A stretch of DNA of 64,000 nucleotides from Macrostomum hystrix (lineage: Eukaryota; Animalia; Platyhelminthes): contig CATNEN010000039.1 of assembly GCA_950097015.1 (NCBI GenBank), positions 7,688,001-7,752,000 on the forward strand, given 5' to 3'. A model generated the notes under the pieces. It was not told the origin of the DNA, searched no databases, and saw only the letters and a list, made by a program, of their open reading frames with translations. Within the stretch, counting starts at the first letter, position 1. Every line of letters begins with the position of its first letter. This document shows, piece by piece, positions 11,630 through 24,123 of this stretch. A program made the translations under genes and the position numbers.

Positions 11630-11880
11630 ACACCTTCCATCAAATTAAGCAGGAGGAGGGCGAACTGGTGTCGGCGTACCCGAGACGGTTGCGACTGGCT
11701 GCTGAGAACTGTGAGTTCACCGATCTCAACGAGAGACTCAGAGATCAGTTCGTCTTCGGACTGTCAAATAAGGACATCGTTCGAAAGCTGCTCTCCGAGA
11801 AAATGACAGACCTTAATTGGGAGAGGTTACCGTCCGTGGCAAGCGCATGTGAAGCCGTAACCCGCGGTGAAGGACAGATG
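11630..11880 (+). pseudogene. Older Gypsy gag fragment that served as the insertion target
   Basis: FHQIKQEEGE.VSAY..RLR.AAENCEF..LNERLRDQFVFGL matches the gag motif of the 119-4114 ORF (FRQRSQRPGE..ADF..AL..LA.SCEF...IRDQIV) and begins directly at the LTR end. Confidence 0.75.
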
Positions 11881-12167
11881 AAGGTCAATCACGTCCTACT
11901 GATCAGAAAGACAATACCACAGGAAAGGCCCATGCCCGAGACGCAGCGACTCGGGTTTCACCCATTGTTTTTGTTATTAACAATTCAAGCTGCAAACCTA
12001 TTCATGACTTTTGCTACAGTTCAGTTTATCTGAAAGCCCTTTGAATTGACAGCACAATTGAGACGCGGCTGACAAAACAGTTTTCGCTTTCCATCTCTAT
12101 GAAAGAAATTGATTTTTCATCAATTTCATAAAATTATTTTCATAAAAAGATTTCATAAAAATATTGA

Positions 12168-14422
12168 AGCCTTGTCTAACAGATCAAAGCCTTCTCTAAC
12201 AGATCAAAGCCTTCTCTAACAGGTCAAAGCCTTGTCTAACAGATCAAAGCCTTCTCTAACAGATCAAAGCCTTGTCTAACAGATCAAAGCCTTGTCTAAC
12301 AGATCAAAGCCTTGTCTAACAGATCAAAGCCTTGTCTAACAGATCAAAGCTTCGTCTAACAGATCAAAGCCTTCTCTAACAGATCAAAGCCTCGTCTAAC
12401 AGATCAAAGCCTCGTCTAACAGATCAAAGCCTCGTCTAACAGATCAAAGCCTTCTCTAACAGATCAAAGCCTTGTCTAACAGGTCAAAGCCTTCTCTAAC
12501 AGATCAAAGCCTTGTCTAACAGATCAAAGCTTCGTCTAACAGATCAAAGCCTTCTCTAACAGATCAAAGCCTCGTCTAACAGATCAAAGCCTCGTCTAAC
12601 AAATCAAAGCCTTGTCTAACAGATCAAAGCCTTCTCTAACAGATCAAAGCCTTGTCTAACAGATCAAAGCCTTGTCTAACAGATCAAAGCCTTGTCTAAC
12701 AGATCAAAGCCTTGTCTAACAGATCAAAGCCTTGTCTAACAGATCAAAGCCTTGTCTAACAGATCAAAGCTTCGTCTAACAGATCAAAGCCTTCTCTAAC
12801 AGATCAAAGCCTCGTCTAACAGATCAAAGCCTCGTCTAACAGATCAAAGCCTCGTCTAACAGATCAAAGCCTTCTCTAACAGATCAAAGCCTTGTCTAAC
12901 AGGTCAAAGCCTTCTCTAACAGATCAAAGCCTTGTCTAACAGATCAAAGCTTCGTCTAACAGATCAAAGCCTTCTCTAACAGATCAAAGCCTTGTCTAAC
13001 AGATCAAAGCTTCGTCTAACAGATCAAAGCGTTCTCTAACAGATCAAAGCCTTCTCTAACAGATCAAAGCCTTGTCTAACAGATCAAAGCCTTGTCTAAC
13101 AGATCAAAGCCTTCTCTAACAGATCAAAGCCTTCTCTAACAGATCAAAGCCTTGTCTAACAGATCAAAGCCTTGTCTAACAGATCAAAGCTTCGTCTAAC
13201 AGATCAAAGCCTTCTCTAACAGATCAAAGCCTTCTCTAACAGATCAAAGCCTTCTCTAACAGATCAAAGCCTTGTCTAACAGATCAAAGCCTTGTCTAAC
13301 AGATCAAAGCCTTGTCTAACAGATCAAAGCTTCGTCTAACAGATCAAAGCCTTGTCTAACAGATCAAAGCCTTCTCTAACAGATCAGAGCCTTCTCTAAC
13401 AGATCAAAGCCTTCTCTAACAGGTCAAAGCCTTCTCTAACAGATCAAAGCCTCGTCTAACAGATCAAAGCCTTCTCTAACAGATCAAAGCCTTCTCTAAC
13501 AGATCAAAGCCTCGTCTAACAGATCAAAGCCTTGTCTAACAGATCAAAGCCTTCTCTAACAGATCAGAGCCTTGTCTAACAGATCAAAGCCTTCTCTAAC
13601 AGATCAAAGCCTTGTCTAACAGATCAGAGCCTTCTCTAACAGATCAAAGCCTTCTCTAACAGATCAAAGCCTTCTCTTACAGATCAAAGCCTTGTCTAAC
13701 AGATCAAAGCCTTGTCTAACAGATCAAAGCCTTCTCTAACAGATCAAAGCCTTCTCTAACAGATCAGAGCCTTCTCTAACAGATCAAAGCCTTCTCTAAC
13801 AGGTCAAAGCCTTCTCTAACAGATCAAAGCCTCGTCTAACAGATCAAAGCCTTCTCTAACAGATCAAAGCCTTCTCTAACAGATCAAAGCCTCGTCTAAC
13901 AGATCAAAGCCTTGTCTAACAGATCAAAGCCTTCTCTAACAGATCAGAGCCTTGTCTAACAGATCAAAGCCTTCTCTAACAGATCAAAGCCTTGTCTAAC
14001 AGATCAGAGCCTTCTCTAACAGATCAAAGCCTTCTCTAACAGATCAAAGCCTTCTCTTACAGATCAAAGCCTTGTCTAACAGATCAAAGCCTTGTCTAAC
14101 AGATCAAAGCCTTGTCTAACAGATCAAAGCCTTGTCTAACAGATCAAAGCCTTCTCTAACAGATCAAAGCCTTCTCTAACAGATCAAAGCCTTGTCTAAC
14201 AGATCAAAGCCTTCTCTAACAGATCAAAGCCTTCTCTAACAGATCAAAGCCTTGTCTAACAGATCAAAGCCTTCTCTAACAGATCAGAGCCTTCTCTAAC
14301 AGATCAAAGCCTTGTCTAACAGATCAAAGCCTTGTCTAACAGATCACAACCTTATCTAACAGATCAAAGCCTTGTCTAACAGATCAAAGCCTTGTCTAAC
14401 AGATCACAACCTTATCTAACAG
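12168..14422. repeat. 20-bp satellite (AGATCAAAGCCTT[G/C]TCTAAC), about 112 copies
   Basis: Uninterrupted 20-bp period with variant units and higher-order duplications. Confidence 0.98.
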
Positions 14423-15026
14423 TTTGAACTCTATAATAAAGCAAAAAATAGTTTTAAATCATAGATAAAGGACTGTTCCGTCAATTTCCTTTCTCATTTT
14501 TCCGCGATCAGAAATGTACTGAGAATCCAACAGCAAAAAAAACAGCAAAAGAGTTTACGACATCAAGGGTCAATGAGAAGTTAGGAATGTCGCTTTAAAA
14601 TCGAATAAAAAAACACAAGTGGAAGACATAAAAAAGGAAAGTAAAGTTTATGATACTTTTGCTGACAGAGCCTACATTATTGATGCATGCTAGATAAGCA
14701 AACTATTCAAAATTCATAGAAAAGCACAGAACAGCTGACTAATATTTGTCTCAGATAAGTCCGTAAAGTCATAAACACAGGAAAAAGTGAGATTTGAACC
14801 GTCTCAATTAGGGGCTCAGCTGTTTAAAAAGACTCAAATTCAGTGCGATAGAAAACTGATGAACCTACGACAATCCATTTGCATTAACGAGATTAGATTG
14901 CTACTATGTGAAGCAATTAGACCGATTTTGCATCGCGCAATCAATTTTAAGAGGGCCGCGGGCCCGGCCCTCGATAAGCCTCTGGGCTTTCGCAAGACCT
15001 GCTTGCGAAACCAAAATATTTACAAT

Positions 15027-15401
<375 letters not shown>

Positions 15402-18400
15402 TTAAGAGTCGGGAGTGAGCAGTCCCTGGTCTCCGTTACCGGCAGTTCCTGAACGCAAATCCAGCTTTCTGGGCCGCCACGAGTCCTCATCCTGCATCTG
15501 CCTTTTGCCCGCCTTCGGGACCTCCGCATCGCCTTTGCTAGCCTCGTCCTCGCTGACCCGGTCCTCCTCCTCATTCTTCTTCTTCTTCTTCTTCTTCTTC
15601 TTGTCGTCATCGCTGCCCTTGTCATCCTTTGGTTTCTTCTTCTTGTCATTCTTGTCGTCATCGCTGCCCTTGTCATCCTTTGGTTTCTTCTTCTTGTCCT
15701 TCTTGTCGTCATCGCTGCCCTTGTCATCCTTTGGTTTCTTCTTCTTGTCCTTCTTGTCGTCATCGCTGCCCTTGTCCTCCTTTGGTTTCTTCTTCTTGTC
15801 CTTCTTGTCGTCATCGCTGCCCTTGTCATCCTTTGGTTTCTTCTTCTTGTCCTTCTTGTCGTCATCGCTGCCCTTGTCCTCCTTTGGTTTCTTCTTCTTG
15901 TCCTTCTTCTTTTTGTCTTTTTTCTTCTTTCCGTCGGCTTTAGCGTCGTCTTCAGCCGAATCTTCGGCTGCGGCGGCTGCGGCGGCGGCGGCTTGCCAAA
16001 GAGCAGCCGGTGTCTGAGTAGTGGACTCAGAGAGTGCCCTCTGTGTGTTGTGTTGCGGCAAGCGTTGCTGTGATTCAGAATTAGATTTCCAAAACAAAGA
16101 CCAACTCACCGCAGTGACGTGAAGCGACCTGGTCGTGCTTAGCAGTGTGGCTGAGGCGGTGAGTCCTCCAGCTCGTTCAGGAGAGCCGGCGCAGCCGGTG
16201 GCTTGAATTGAGGACCTCAACGGCCGACCTGAGTGCACTTGGACAACGCTGCGCATGCTGAAAGCAGGGAAAGCATTTCAGCTGACTACTGGGACATTCT
16301 AGCAAAAAACAGGGCCTCTTAACAGTAGGAAGATTACGGGGTATTTGAAATACCCACTGCCTAATTCACGATAGCTCCCAAACCAAAAGACCGATTATCG
16401 GAAAAGACCACCATCTGAATCAAAGTTTTCCGTCTTTGTGATGAACTAAGTTTCAAAGCTGTCCGACGTCAGCATTGCCGAGATATTCCTCGATTCTTGT
16501 GTTGTACCCAGGGCCCGAAGAAACGGCATGGGGGGACAGCTGGGGCAACCCCGTTCCCGTCAGCCTGATCCCTTGACGACGCCGCGAAAGTTCGCCGGCG
16601 CCGCCGCCCTGAGACCTGCGAGAGTTTGCGAGAGTTCACTCCGAGTGCCCACGCGACGCCCGGAAGAAACGGAAGCACACTCACGAGTTAGCCGGAGTCA
16701 GAGCTTGGGTGTATATTTGGTTGTATTGCAGTTCTATCGATTTAGCGCACTGATGACGTGAGGACTTCGGACAAAAACAGGGGGGTTGGGCCAGCTGTGG
16801 CACGCATGCAGCACTTTAAATATGCTGTGGGGCAGAGAAAGGAGGGGCAGGGACAGTGGGACAAACCGGCCCAGCCAATCGCTGGGGCTAGGGCAGGGGC
16901 ACGAAGGAACGGGGAGGGTAGAAAAAATAAAAAGGCAGGCCAATCGCAGGGCCGCAGAAGCAGGGAGGAGAGAAAAGGAGGGGCGGGCCGCGCCAGGGGT
17001 TGGAGCATAAGACCCTAACCCGGCGGAGCTTAGAGCAAAAGACCAGAGAGAGAAAGAGAGAGAAAACTGGCACAGGCCTCGGGGGGAGGTTTGGGCACAA
17101 ACGGGAGTACGACGTTTGCTTGCGGGAAGTTTGCTTGCCGAAGTTTGCTTGCCGAAGTTTGCATGCGGCACCTTAGCTTGCCGAACTTTGCTTCCTGCCT
17201 GTTTGCTTGCTTGCGAAGTTGGTGAGTAAATGATTGCTACAGAATGTTTGCAAGCGCTTATCAGCGGCAATGCCGTAAACTCACTCACAGTAAGCTTTCG
17301 AACTAGCCTTGGATTTGTACACGAAGGATTTAGTATAATAGAAGGATAATAGCAGCATAAATTGTAGCAGTTCCTGATTTCAGCACGATCGAACAGATAA
17401 CGAATAAGATAGTGGTGGTAATAACAGACAGTGCTATGAGCTAACTACAAGACGAATTCGTCTAGATCTGGTAACTCCAAATACGCTCGTATATACGCTC
17501 GTAAAATTCTTGTAAGCAAATTTCATAGACCCGGCACGCACAACACTTGTCGGAGACCCTGGTGATAAGGACATCTAACATTTCTCTGAATGAACCTCTT
17601 ATGGCGAATCCATATTGGTTCCAAAAAAGAAAGGTTCAACACTTTAATCAATCTAAAATAGACAACAACAATAGCCAACAACAATAGCCAACATTGTTCC
17701 ATGATTAAATTTTATGAGCAGAGAAACTATGCCTACATTCGTGGTTTTTTTTGCCACCTGATACCCCGACGAGAATCTTTGAATATCTCGACGATGCCGA
17801 TGTTTCGTGACTCTGGAAATTGCTTCATCGGATAGAGCAGAATATTTTAGCCCGTGTTCCGCATTTTCATGACGACTGGTTGAATATTTTTTAAGATACT
17901 GAAAAAATTTAAATGTTGCTGTCTGCAGTACCCCTGTGGTCTTTCTACTGTGAAAGCACTTCATGCCACTGAGGCCACTGACGTGTTCCTCGCGGGCGGC
18001 TCCCTCTTCCGCGAGTCCATTCGCTCAATGTCGCGATTGTCCAGCACGTTAAACCGATGCGTCGCCGCGGCTGCCGAGCCCGGGCCTCCGCTGAACTGCC
18101 AGGGCGCCTGCATCAGCGGCAGCTGTCTACGGCGGGCGGTCTCCAGCCGGGACTGTCGATCAGCTTCGACAGCGGCGTCCTGCCGACGCGCAGTCTCCAG
18201 GAGTCGACCGCGCTCTTGCAGGGCTACGCCGTCGTGCTGATGGTGGGGATGTTGTCAGTGGGATATTTTTTGCATATTGAGGGAGGATATTTTAGTACAC
18301 GAGACGTTTGCATGAGCTCGTAGAAACAATATTTCAAAATATTTATCTCTAATAAACCATAAATCATATTCAGCTAGTTATTTGGCGCGGATATTCCGCT

Positions 18401-20037
18401 ACACGCTCGAATTTTAGTCAGCAGCAGCTGCTACTTTATGTGACAGAAAAGTGGCGACACAGGAGTCAATATTTTCTTGTATCCTTTTAAGCTTTTGCGC
18501 TATCTTTCAGGAAGAAACGTATACTAAAGAAGCTATCTAAATAACTATACCTAAATTATATGGACCATACGACCTCGCTGTGACAAAAGAAGAGTATTAA
18601 AAATGTAACTAGTATCTTTTTTCTTTTTTACACAATATAAAATGCGAAAGATGCTACTGTGAGTAAAAACTTGCGCAACATTCCAAGCAACATATTAAAT
18701 TAATCTAATCTGCATTTAACTGCTGAAATTCGAATCTGAATTATAGTTTTTTGCCTGTTCGAAACCTGTCAGACAGTCTGTATCAAACCTGTCAGACAGT
18801 CTGTATCAAACCTGTCAGACATCTTTTGATCAACCAAAGACTCACCTGCAAGCTGACCAGATTTTCCATGTAGAGCCTCTTGTAGACACCGGCGGGCAGC
18901 AGGGCTGCCCCGGTCCAGCGCATTGTGCGCTCGATGTCATGGTGACCCTCGGCAGGCAGCAGCCAGCGCAGCCGGTTGCACTTTGGCAGCCAGATTTCGT
19001 TCGACTCCGATAGCCAATTCCAGTGCCAGTTAACCTAATTGAGACCAAGATTTACAACTGGATCTTGGATAACAGGATAAAACTGATGGAGGAAATTCAA
19101 GTCAATGAGGTCCAACCTGACCGCTGCGGCACAGACTCCGCGGATCGAGATAGGAAAGAATTTTCAAACTCAACCGACGCGGCAGAGCCTCAGCCGGATC
19201 GACGCGCAGCTGAGGCACAGACCGGCGGGTTCGCTGGTGCAGAAAGTCAGACTCGTCCTGACTAAAGTCCTCCAGCATCTCATGGAGTAGGAAGCGCCGC
19301 TGAGCTGGACTCCAATTGGTAAACTTTAATGAGTTTTTAGATTTTAAACGTTAATTACTTGTCGATTTAGGTATAGCAAAAACATAACTTTCGGTTAATT
19401 TTTTTAAATAATTTACGTGCATATATAAATGTGGATACTAAAATTTTAATTTCTAACAAAGATTAGTTTTTGTTTTGATTAATTTTTAACAAACAAAGAT
19501 AGGCCTAGCACAGTTTCTCCTGTGTAAGTTATTCTCTTACGCTTCTTATTCTCTTATGCTAAACATTTATCTACACGGAAAAGGTAAAATTGAAGAGCTA
19601 ATTAACCAAATATTTATTCGGTTGTAAGTAAAAAGTAAAAACATAAGCTAAAATATTTATTTTATCTACTCGAAATGAACCAATAATAATTGTATTGTTT
19701 GCTTTTTTTAGTAATGGCAATTGCAATTCTAAAACTTACCCATTTCATCACAAGTCCACATCTCTCTTGAAACATCTGAAAGTCAAATGAAATTTTATTT
19801 TTGTATAACATATTTTGGAAACAAGCAAAAGCAGAGTTTTCCACCGTGAGAATTTTGTTATTCAATTAATTTTTTAACATTTTTTACGTGGTAATTTTTC
19901 TCAATGCTAAAAACTACGATATAAATAGTATAATAAGCTAGCGCAGCAAATAATCAACTCACAATTATATCGGCTTCATTTCTTCCTAGTGAGTTCGACG
20001 TGCGATGCGCTGTGGTTCTTCGACCCAAAGAGCTCAT
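15402..20037 (-). CDS. FBXO16: F-box only protein 16-like; 7 exons: 20037-19963, 19775-19740, 19323-19117, 19034-18846, 18236-17983, 16257-16110, 16067-15402
   Basis: All introns are GT..AG with consistent phases. Spliced protein: MFQERCGLVMKW-FTNWSPAQRR...LPRRLSLKILSYLDPRSLCRSGQ-VNWHWNWLSESNEIWLPKCNRLRW...PW...RFNVLDN, matching the FBXO16/ECT2L-type F-box (LDPRSLCR, W..KC.R..W, RFNYLDN). Exons 2-5 are strong; exon 1 and the last two exons rest on phase fit. Confidence 0.82.
15575..15930 (-). repeat. 51-bp coding tandem repeat (PK[D/E]DKGSDDDKKDKKKK) x6
   Basis: Visible in the DNA and in the 15402-16256 ORF. Confidence 0.9.
16500..17545 (-). mobile_element. Solo LTR (1046 bp) in an FBXO16-like intron
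   Basis: TGTTGT...ACAACA ends and 4-bp TSD CTTG (16496-16499, 17546-17549). It splits a dispersed repeat that is contiguous at about 23700. CCAAT boxes and a TATA-like motif on the minus strand. Confidence 0.8.
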
Positions 20038-21018
20038 TTTGTCCTGTTGGTACAAAAAGTACGATTTGGACTTATCTAGAATTCTCACATCACCATGGAA
20101 AACAGTTAAGGATTAAAAGAATCGATGTTGTGAAACTGAAATACATCAGAGAAGCACATATAATGATTTTCATTTTAAAGTAATATAAAATAATTAAATA
20201 AAACGTTTTTTAGTTTATACTCTACGCTGTCCTTCTTAATGTAACAAAAAATATTAAAATGCTCTTTTATGTTTGTTATATGTAAGAAGTAGTTTCAATA
20301 CTCCGGAAATATTTATATCCTTGACACGTATAATGTCGATTCCAGGAGAATAAAAGGGCTGAAAATCGGATTCAGTAAACAAAATATATACGGTATATAA
20401 TATATATCAGTATAGATTTTTTAAAATATAATATATACGTTTCATTTTACTCTTACTGGCATATTGGACCTTATACTAGCAATAAATTGAGGTATAGCAA
20501 AATAATAAAACTATATTTATTATTTTGCTACGACCGTTAAAATATAAGTACCAAAGTCAAAAAAAATTAAAACGACAGCACTATGTAGTCAGATAATAAT
20601 GGCGATGCAAGAATTTAGTCTGCACCCAAAGGAGAGGCATTATTCATTAGGTGTCGAAAGCGTCCAAACTGAATTTCTTAAAAATTTAGCGGCACGTGCT
20701 CAGGTGTAATATGATCGAATGATAGTGCTACAAACGCAAAAAAACCACGTTGACTTGCAGAAAAATAATTGAAAAATGTTTTTTAAGAATTATAATCAAA
20801 TAAATGCATAGAATCGATCTCGAAATATTTGTCGTACCATCGAGTTTAACTGTGCTCAAGGGGCTAACTACGATTATAGGTTCTGAGAGGTTCTTAATAA
20901 TTGTTACCCATATGTTTATCCATTAGTTTACTTGTCATTGCCACGGTTGAACACAAAGGGGCAAATAAAAAAGTTTTATTTAAACACCGCAATTTAAAAC
21001 GTAGAAATATCGTATCTA

Positions 21019-21727
21019 TGTGGTGCCGGTGTCTCTGGCCTTGTGGTTTTGTTAGGCCTTCCTCACCCAACGCCGTCTTGGCTGCCCGGTGCCCGGTGCC
21101 GCCATCTGATTGGCTGGGCGCGGGCATTGTGTGCCTATCCTACCCCAGCCCTGCGTGGCTTTGCCCTCACGCCAATCAGCTCTGCGTAGCTTTGCCCGTC
21201 CACCCGTCCAGCGCGTACAACCCTACCCCCCCCAGCGCGCTGTAGGCTTTGTTTGTGCTCCGCCCCTGTCTGCCCCCTTGTCAGCCCTTAAGGTATCGTT
21301 TTCGGCCCGGGCCAAGCCTCCCCCCCCCTTGCGAACTTTAAAAGATCGTGCCGTAAAGACGGTCTCTTACTGCGAAGGCTCAATTTATTGCATAGCGAAG
21401 TGATTATTGAATAGTGATTCCGAGTGCATGGTTTATTAAAGTGCAAAAATTGTCGACAAATACATTCAGCGTCATCCTGCCATCCTATCGTGCGTCCCGA
21501 CCGGTAAGCACTGTATTTGTGTCTGTCCTTTCGGGGTGCCAGGTCCGCACGGAGTACTGTAATAATCTTAGAAGTACTGTGTGAGCGTCCTAACGCCACC
21601 AGTCCCTGACTGCAACAGAGCGTCCTAACGCCTGGTTCAGTGATTGATAATATTTTACTTAATAGGGCTGTGGGCCGGGGATCTCAAACCGACCACTGTC
21701 ACTACAAATTGGCGCCCGAACGGGGAC
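21019..21727 (+). mobile_element. 5' LTR (about 690 bp) plus tRNA-Lys PBS of a truncated LTR retrotransposon
   Basis: TGTGGTG (21019) to CACTACA (21706) near-inverted ends. PBS TGGCGCCCGAACGGGGAC (21710-21727) matches the tRNA-Lys(UUU) 3' complement at 17/18. CCAAT boxes and ATTAAA (21435). The left boundary is less certain. Confidence 0.8.
21351..21394 (+). other. Spliced-leader (SL) exon-like sequence embedded in the LTR
   Basis: CCGTAAAGACGGTCTCTTACTGCGAAGGCTCAATTTATTGCATA differs at 2/44 positions from the Macrostomum lignano SL as I recall it (...GAAGACTCAATTTATTGCATG). No GT donor follows. Confidence 0.8.
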
Positions 21728-21754
21728 ACGGTCCCTCATTACCGATAGCAACTA

Positions 21755-22606
21755 CTCAGCAGGACAGAAGGCCGCGTTAGGCGCGCACGCTGGTACAGGG
21801 ACTCGGTTGTCTCGCTGCCAGGGCCGCGGCGGGCGCCGAAAGCGGCGCGAACTAGGGCCGCATGCGCCGCGTCGAGCTGCGCCTCGAGCGCCCCGGTCAT
21901 CGTCCAGGTCTCAGCATTGTACAAGAGGGCGGTCTCGACAACCGCCTGGAACAGCTGGGACCTGGCGCCGTTCGACAGGGCCTCGGAGAGTAGCACCGCC
22001 CGCACAGAACGGTAGGCGGCCCAGGCCTTGCCGCGTCGTCTCGCCAGGTCGTCGCCCACGTCAGGCACCAGTCCGCCGAGGTAGACGAACTGACGGCACT
22101 TCGGGAGCACGGTCCCGGGGCCGTCACCGTCTCTTAGTCGAATCTCGGCAGGTAGGTTTTGCGGCACCGTCAGCACCTCGGTCTTCATGGCGTTGATAGC
22201 GAGGCCGACCCTCGCCGCCGCCGCAGTCAGGCCATCCAGCAGCCGTTGGGCGCCTTCGGCCGTCGTAGACAGCAGGGCAAGGTCGTCCGCGTAGCCGAGG
22301 ACAGACAACTTCTTCTCCGGGTGCCGTCGACTAGTGCGTCTTTGAAGCAGAAAACCGTCCTCTGCAGTCGGCAGGCCGGTCCTGAGCACCCAGTCCATCA
22401 CCAGCACGAAAAGAAAAGGCGCCAGGGTGTCACCCTGCAGCACTCCGGAGGTAGTGCTGAAAAGGTCCGACGGTCCGTCTGGCGTCGCTACCACAGCGGT
22501 GGTGTCCTGATACAGTGCCATGATGGCGGAGATCAGCTGCTGCGGTATGTTGTAGGCACGGAGCACGTGAGGCAGCGCGCCGCGGGCCACCGAGTCGAAA
22601 GCTTTG
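21755..22606 (-). mobile_element. RTE-clade LINE fragment (reverse transcriptase)
   Basis: KAFDSV, GVLQGDTLAPFLF, GYADD, FVYLG, LLYNAETW motifs; truncated at both ends. Confidence 0.9.
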
Positions 22607-23152
22607 AGAGCCTGTACATGTACATGGAGTACATGTAGATGTTATATGTGAGCTGGCTAAAATTGTTATACAATTATATGTACAGTGTTGTAATTGAAGC
22701 AAAGTGAACCTCCATCACTGTTTTTTTGTAAGCTGAAAACAGAGCTCATTATAATAATGTTGAATGTACGCCCGTACTTCCCGTATAGTTTAGTGTTATA
22801 TATGCAGGTCCAAGAGTTGCAAAGCCTCGCAAAGCCTGTAGCGAGCAAATATATTCAAGCAATTAGTTTGCCTACCACTGAGAAACAACACGAGTGGGAC
22901 TAAAATACATTTTATAGATGTCGATTTTTGTGAAACAATCAAACAATATTTTGCCGCGTTGATCCAATGGGGTAGAGCTAGACATGTTGCTCATTAGCAC
23001 AACTGCAATTAGTCCTTGTATTTACTACCAAGGACTAATTACTAACTCAAGCTAAGTAGGGACGGGACACTTTAGATAGGTCATTTATAAAGCCTTTTTT
23101 CAATATGAATTTCTAACTTTTTGATTAGCTACTTTTTATAAAGAATTTCCGA

Positions 23153-23445
23153 GGTTGCAGCCTAGGATGGAGCGTCGGACTCACGACTCGAAGGTCGGGG
23201 GTTCGATTCCCGACTCCAATGGAACAATCTGTGTCTTTTAGCAAGACACAACTCTGCATTGCTTCAGTTCACTCAGCTGCTAAATTGGCACTCAGAATTA
23301 GCTGGGGTAATTTAGAGTGAGTGTGGCGTCTCCACAGTCCATGGACTGAACAGCTGTACGCATGCAGCCTTCAGATGCACCGCGCAATAGCTACGGCTGT
23401 GCTGTTTGTTTGCTGCACATCTGGCCCGATTGGCAGGTGACACCT
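23153..23445 (+). mobile_element. tRNA-derived SINE (same family as 30287)
   Basis: B box GGTTCGATTCC, degenerate A box, body colinear with 30287-30582. Confidence 0.85.
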
Positions 23446-23529
23446 CCTGATGTCGAGCTAGCCTTGTAACTTGTTTTTTTACTTACGGTGGCACATTTGC
23501 TGATGACCTGGTGATTTAAGCCGTAACGC

Positions 23530-23735
23530 TAAAAAGATCACGCTATTCCGCCCAGGGGAAGACCACGGGGAAGTATTTGAAATACCCGCTGCCTACTTCA
23601 CGACAGCTCCCAAACCGAATGACCGAGCTTCTTGAAAGGACAATCTTTTCCGACGAACTAATTTCAAAGCCGTCTGACGTCAGCATCGTCAAGATATCTA
23701 GCGATTCTCGTCGAAGACCCTGGTGACAATGACAA
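23530..23735 (+). repeat. Dispersed repeat of about 250 bp; other copies at 16310-16499 plus 17546-17580, 26798-26895, and on the minus strand at about 17720-17945 and 62085-62190
   Basis: Shared blocks GAAATACCCGCTGCC..TCACGA[C/T]AGCTCCCAAACC and GACGTCAGCAT...GACCCTGGTGA; class not determined. Confidence 0.7.
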
Positions 23736-24123
23736 ACATAGTGTATATATAGTCTGCAATATGGGTTTCACGATGAACTTTTGTGAGCTGAAAAAGCATG
23801 CCTATATTGATGTTTTTCGTCACCAGACACCGCGACGATAATCGTGTCGTCGTGCGGTGCGTCGGTCGTACGTCCAGTACAATTAGCGAAATGGGTGGCA
23901 TCGCTCACCCTCACGGGACCGCCCTGCAGCTAAGCCCAATGTTCCTTGTTAACTACCTTGCTCAGATTGGTTCACCTGTTTTTCACCAATTGTCACGCTC
24001 ATTAGCTAACAACTCTGAGTAACGCTAGCACATCTACTGCAGCAGTTATTAGCTCACGAACCGACGAACTATTTCATTGCTTGTAAATCCAGTAGAAAAA
24101 AAGTAATCACTTTCAAAGGAAAC

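Noticed and set aside
12168-14422. CRISPR array (also considered for the other tandem arrays)
   Set aside because: Contiguous repeats with no unique spacers, no cas genes, eukaryotic context.
21351-21460. Functional SL RNA gene
   Set aside because: No GT donor after the leader, terminal ATG altered, no recognisable Sm site; context is an LTR.
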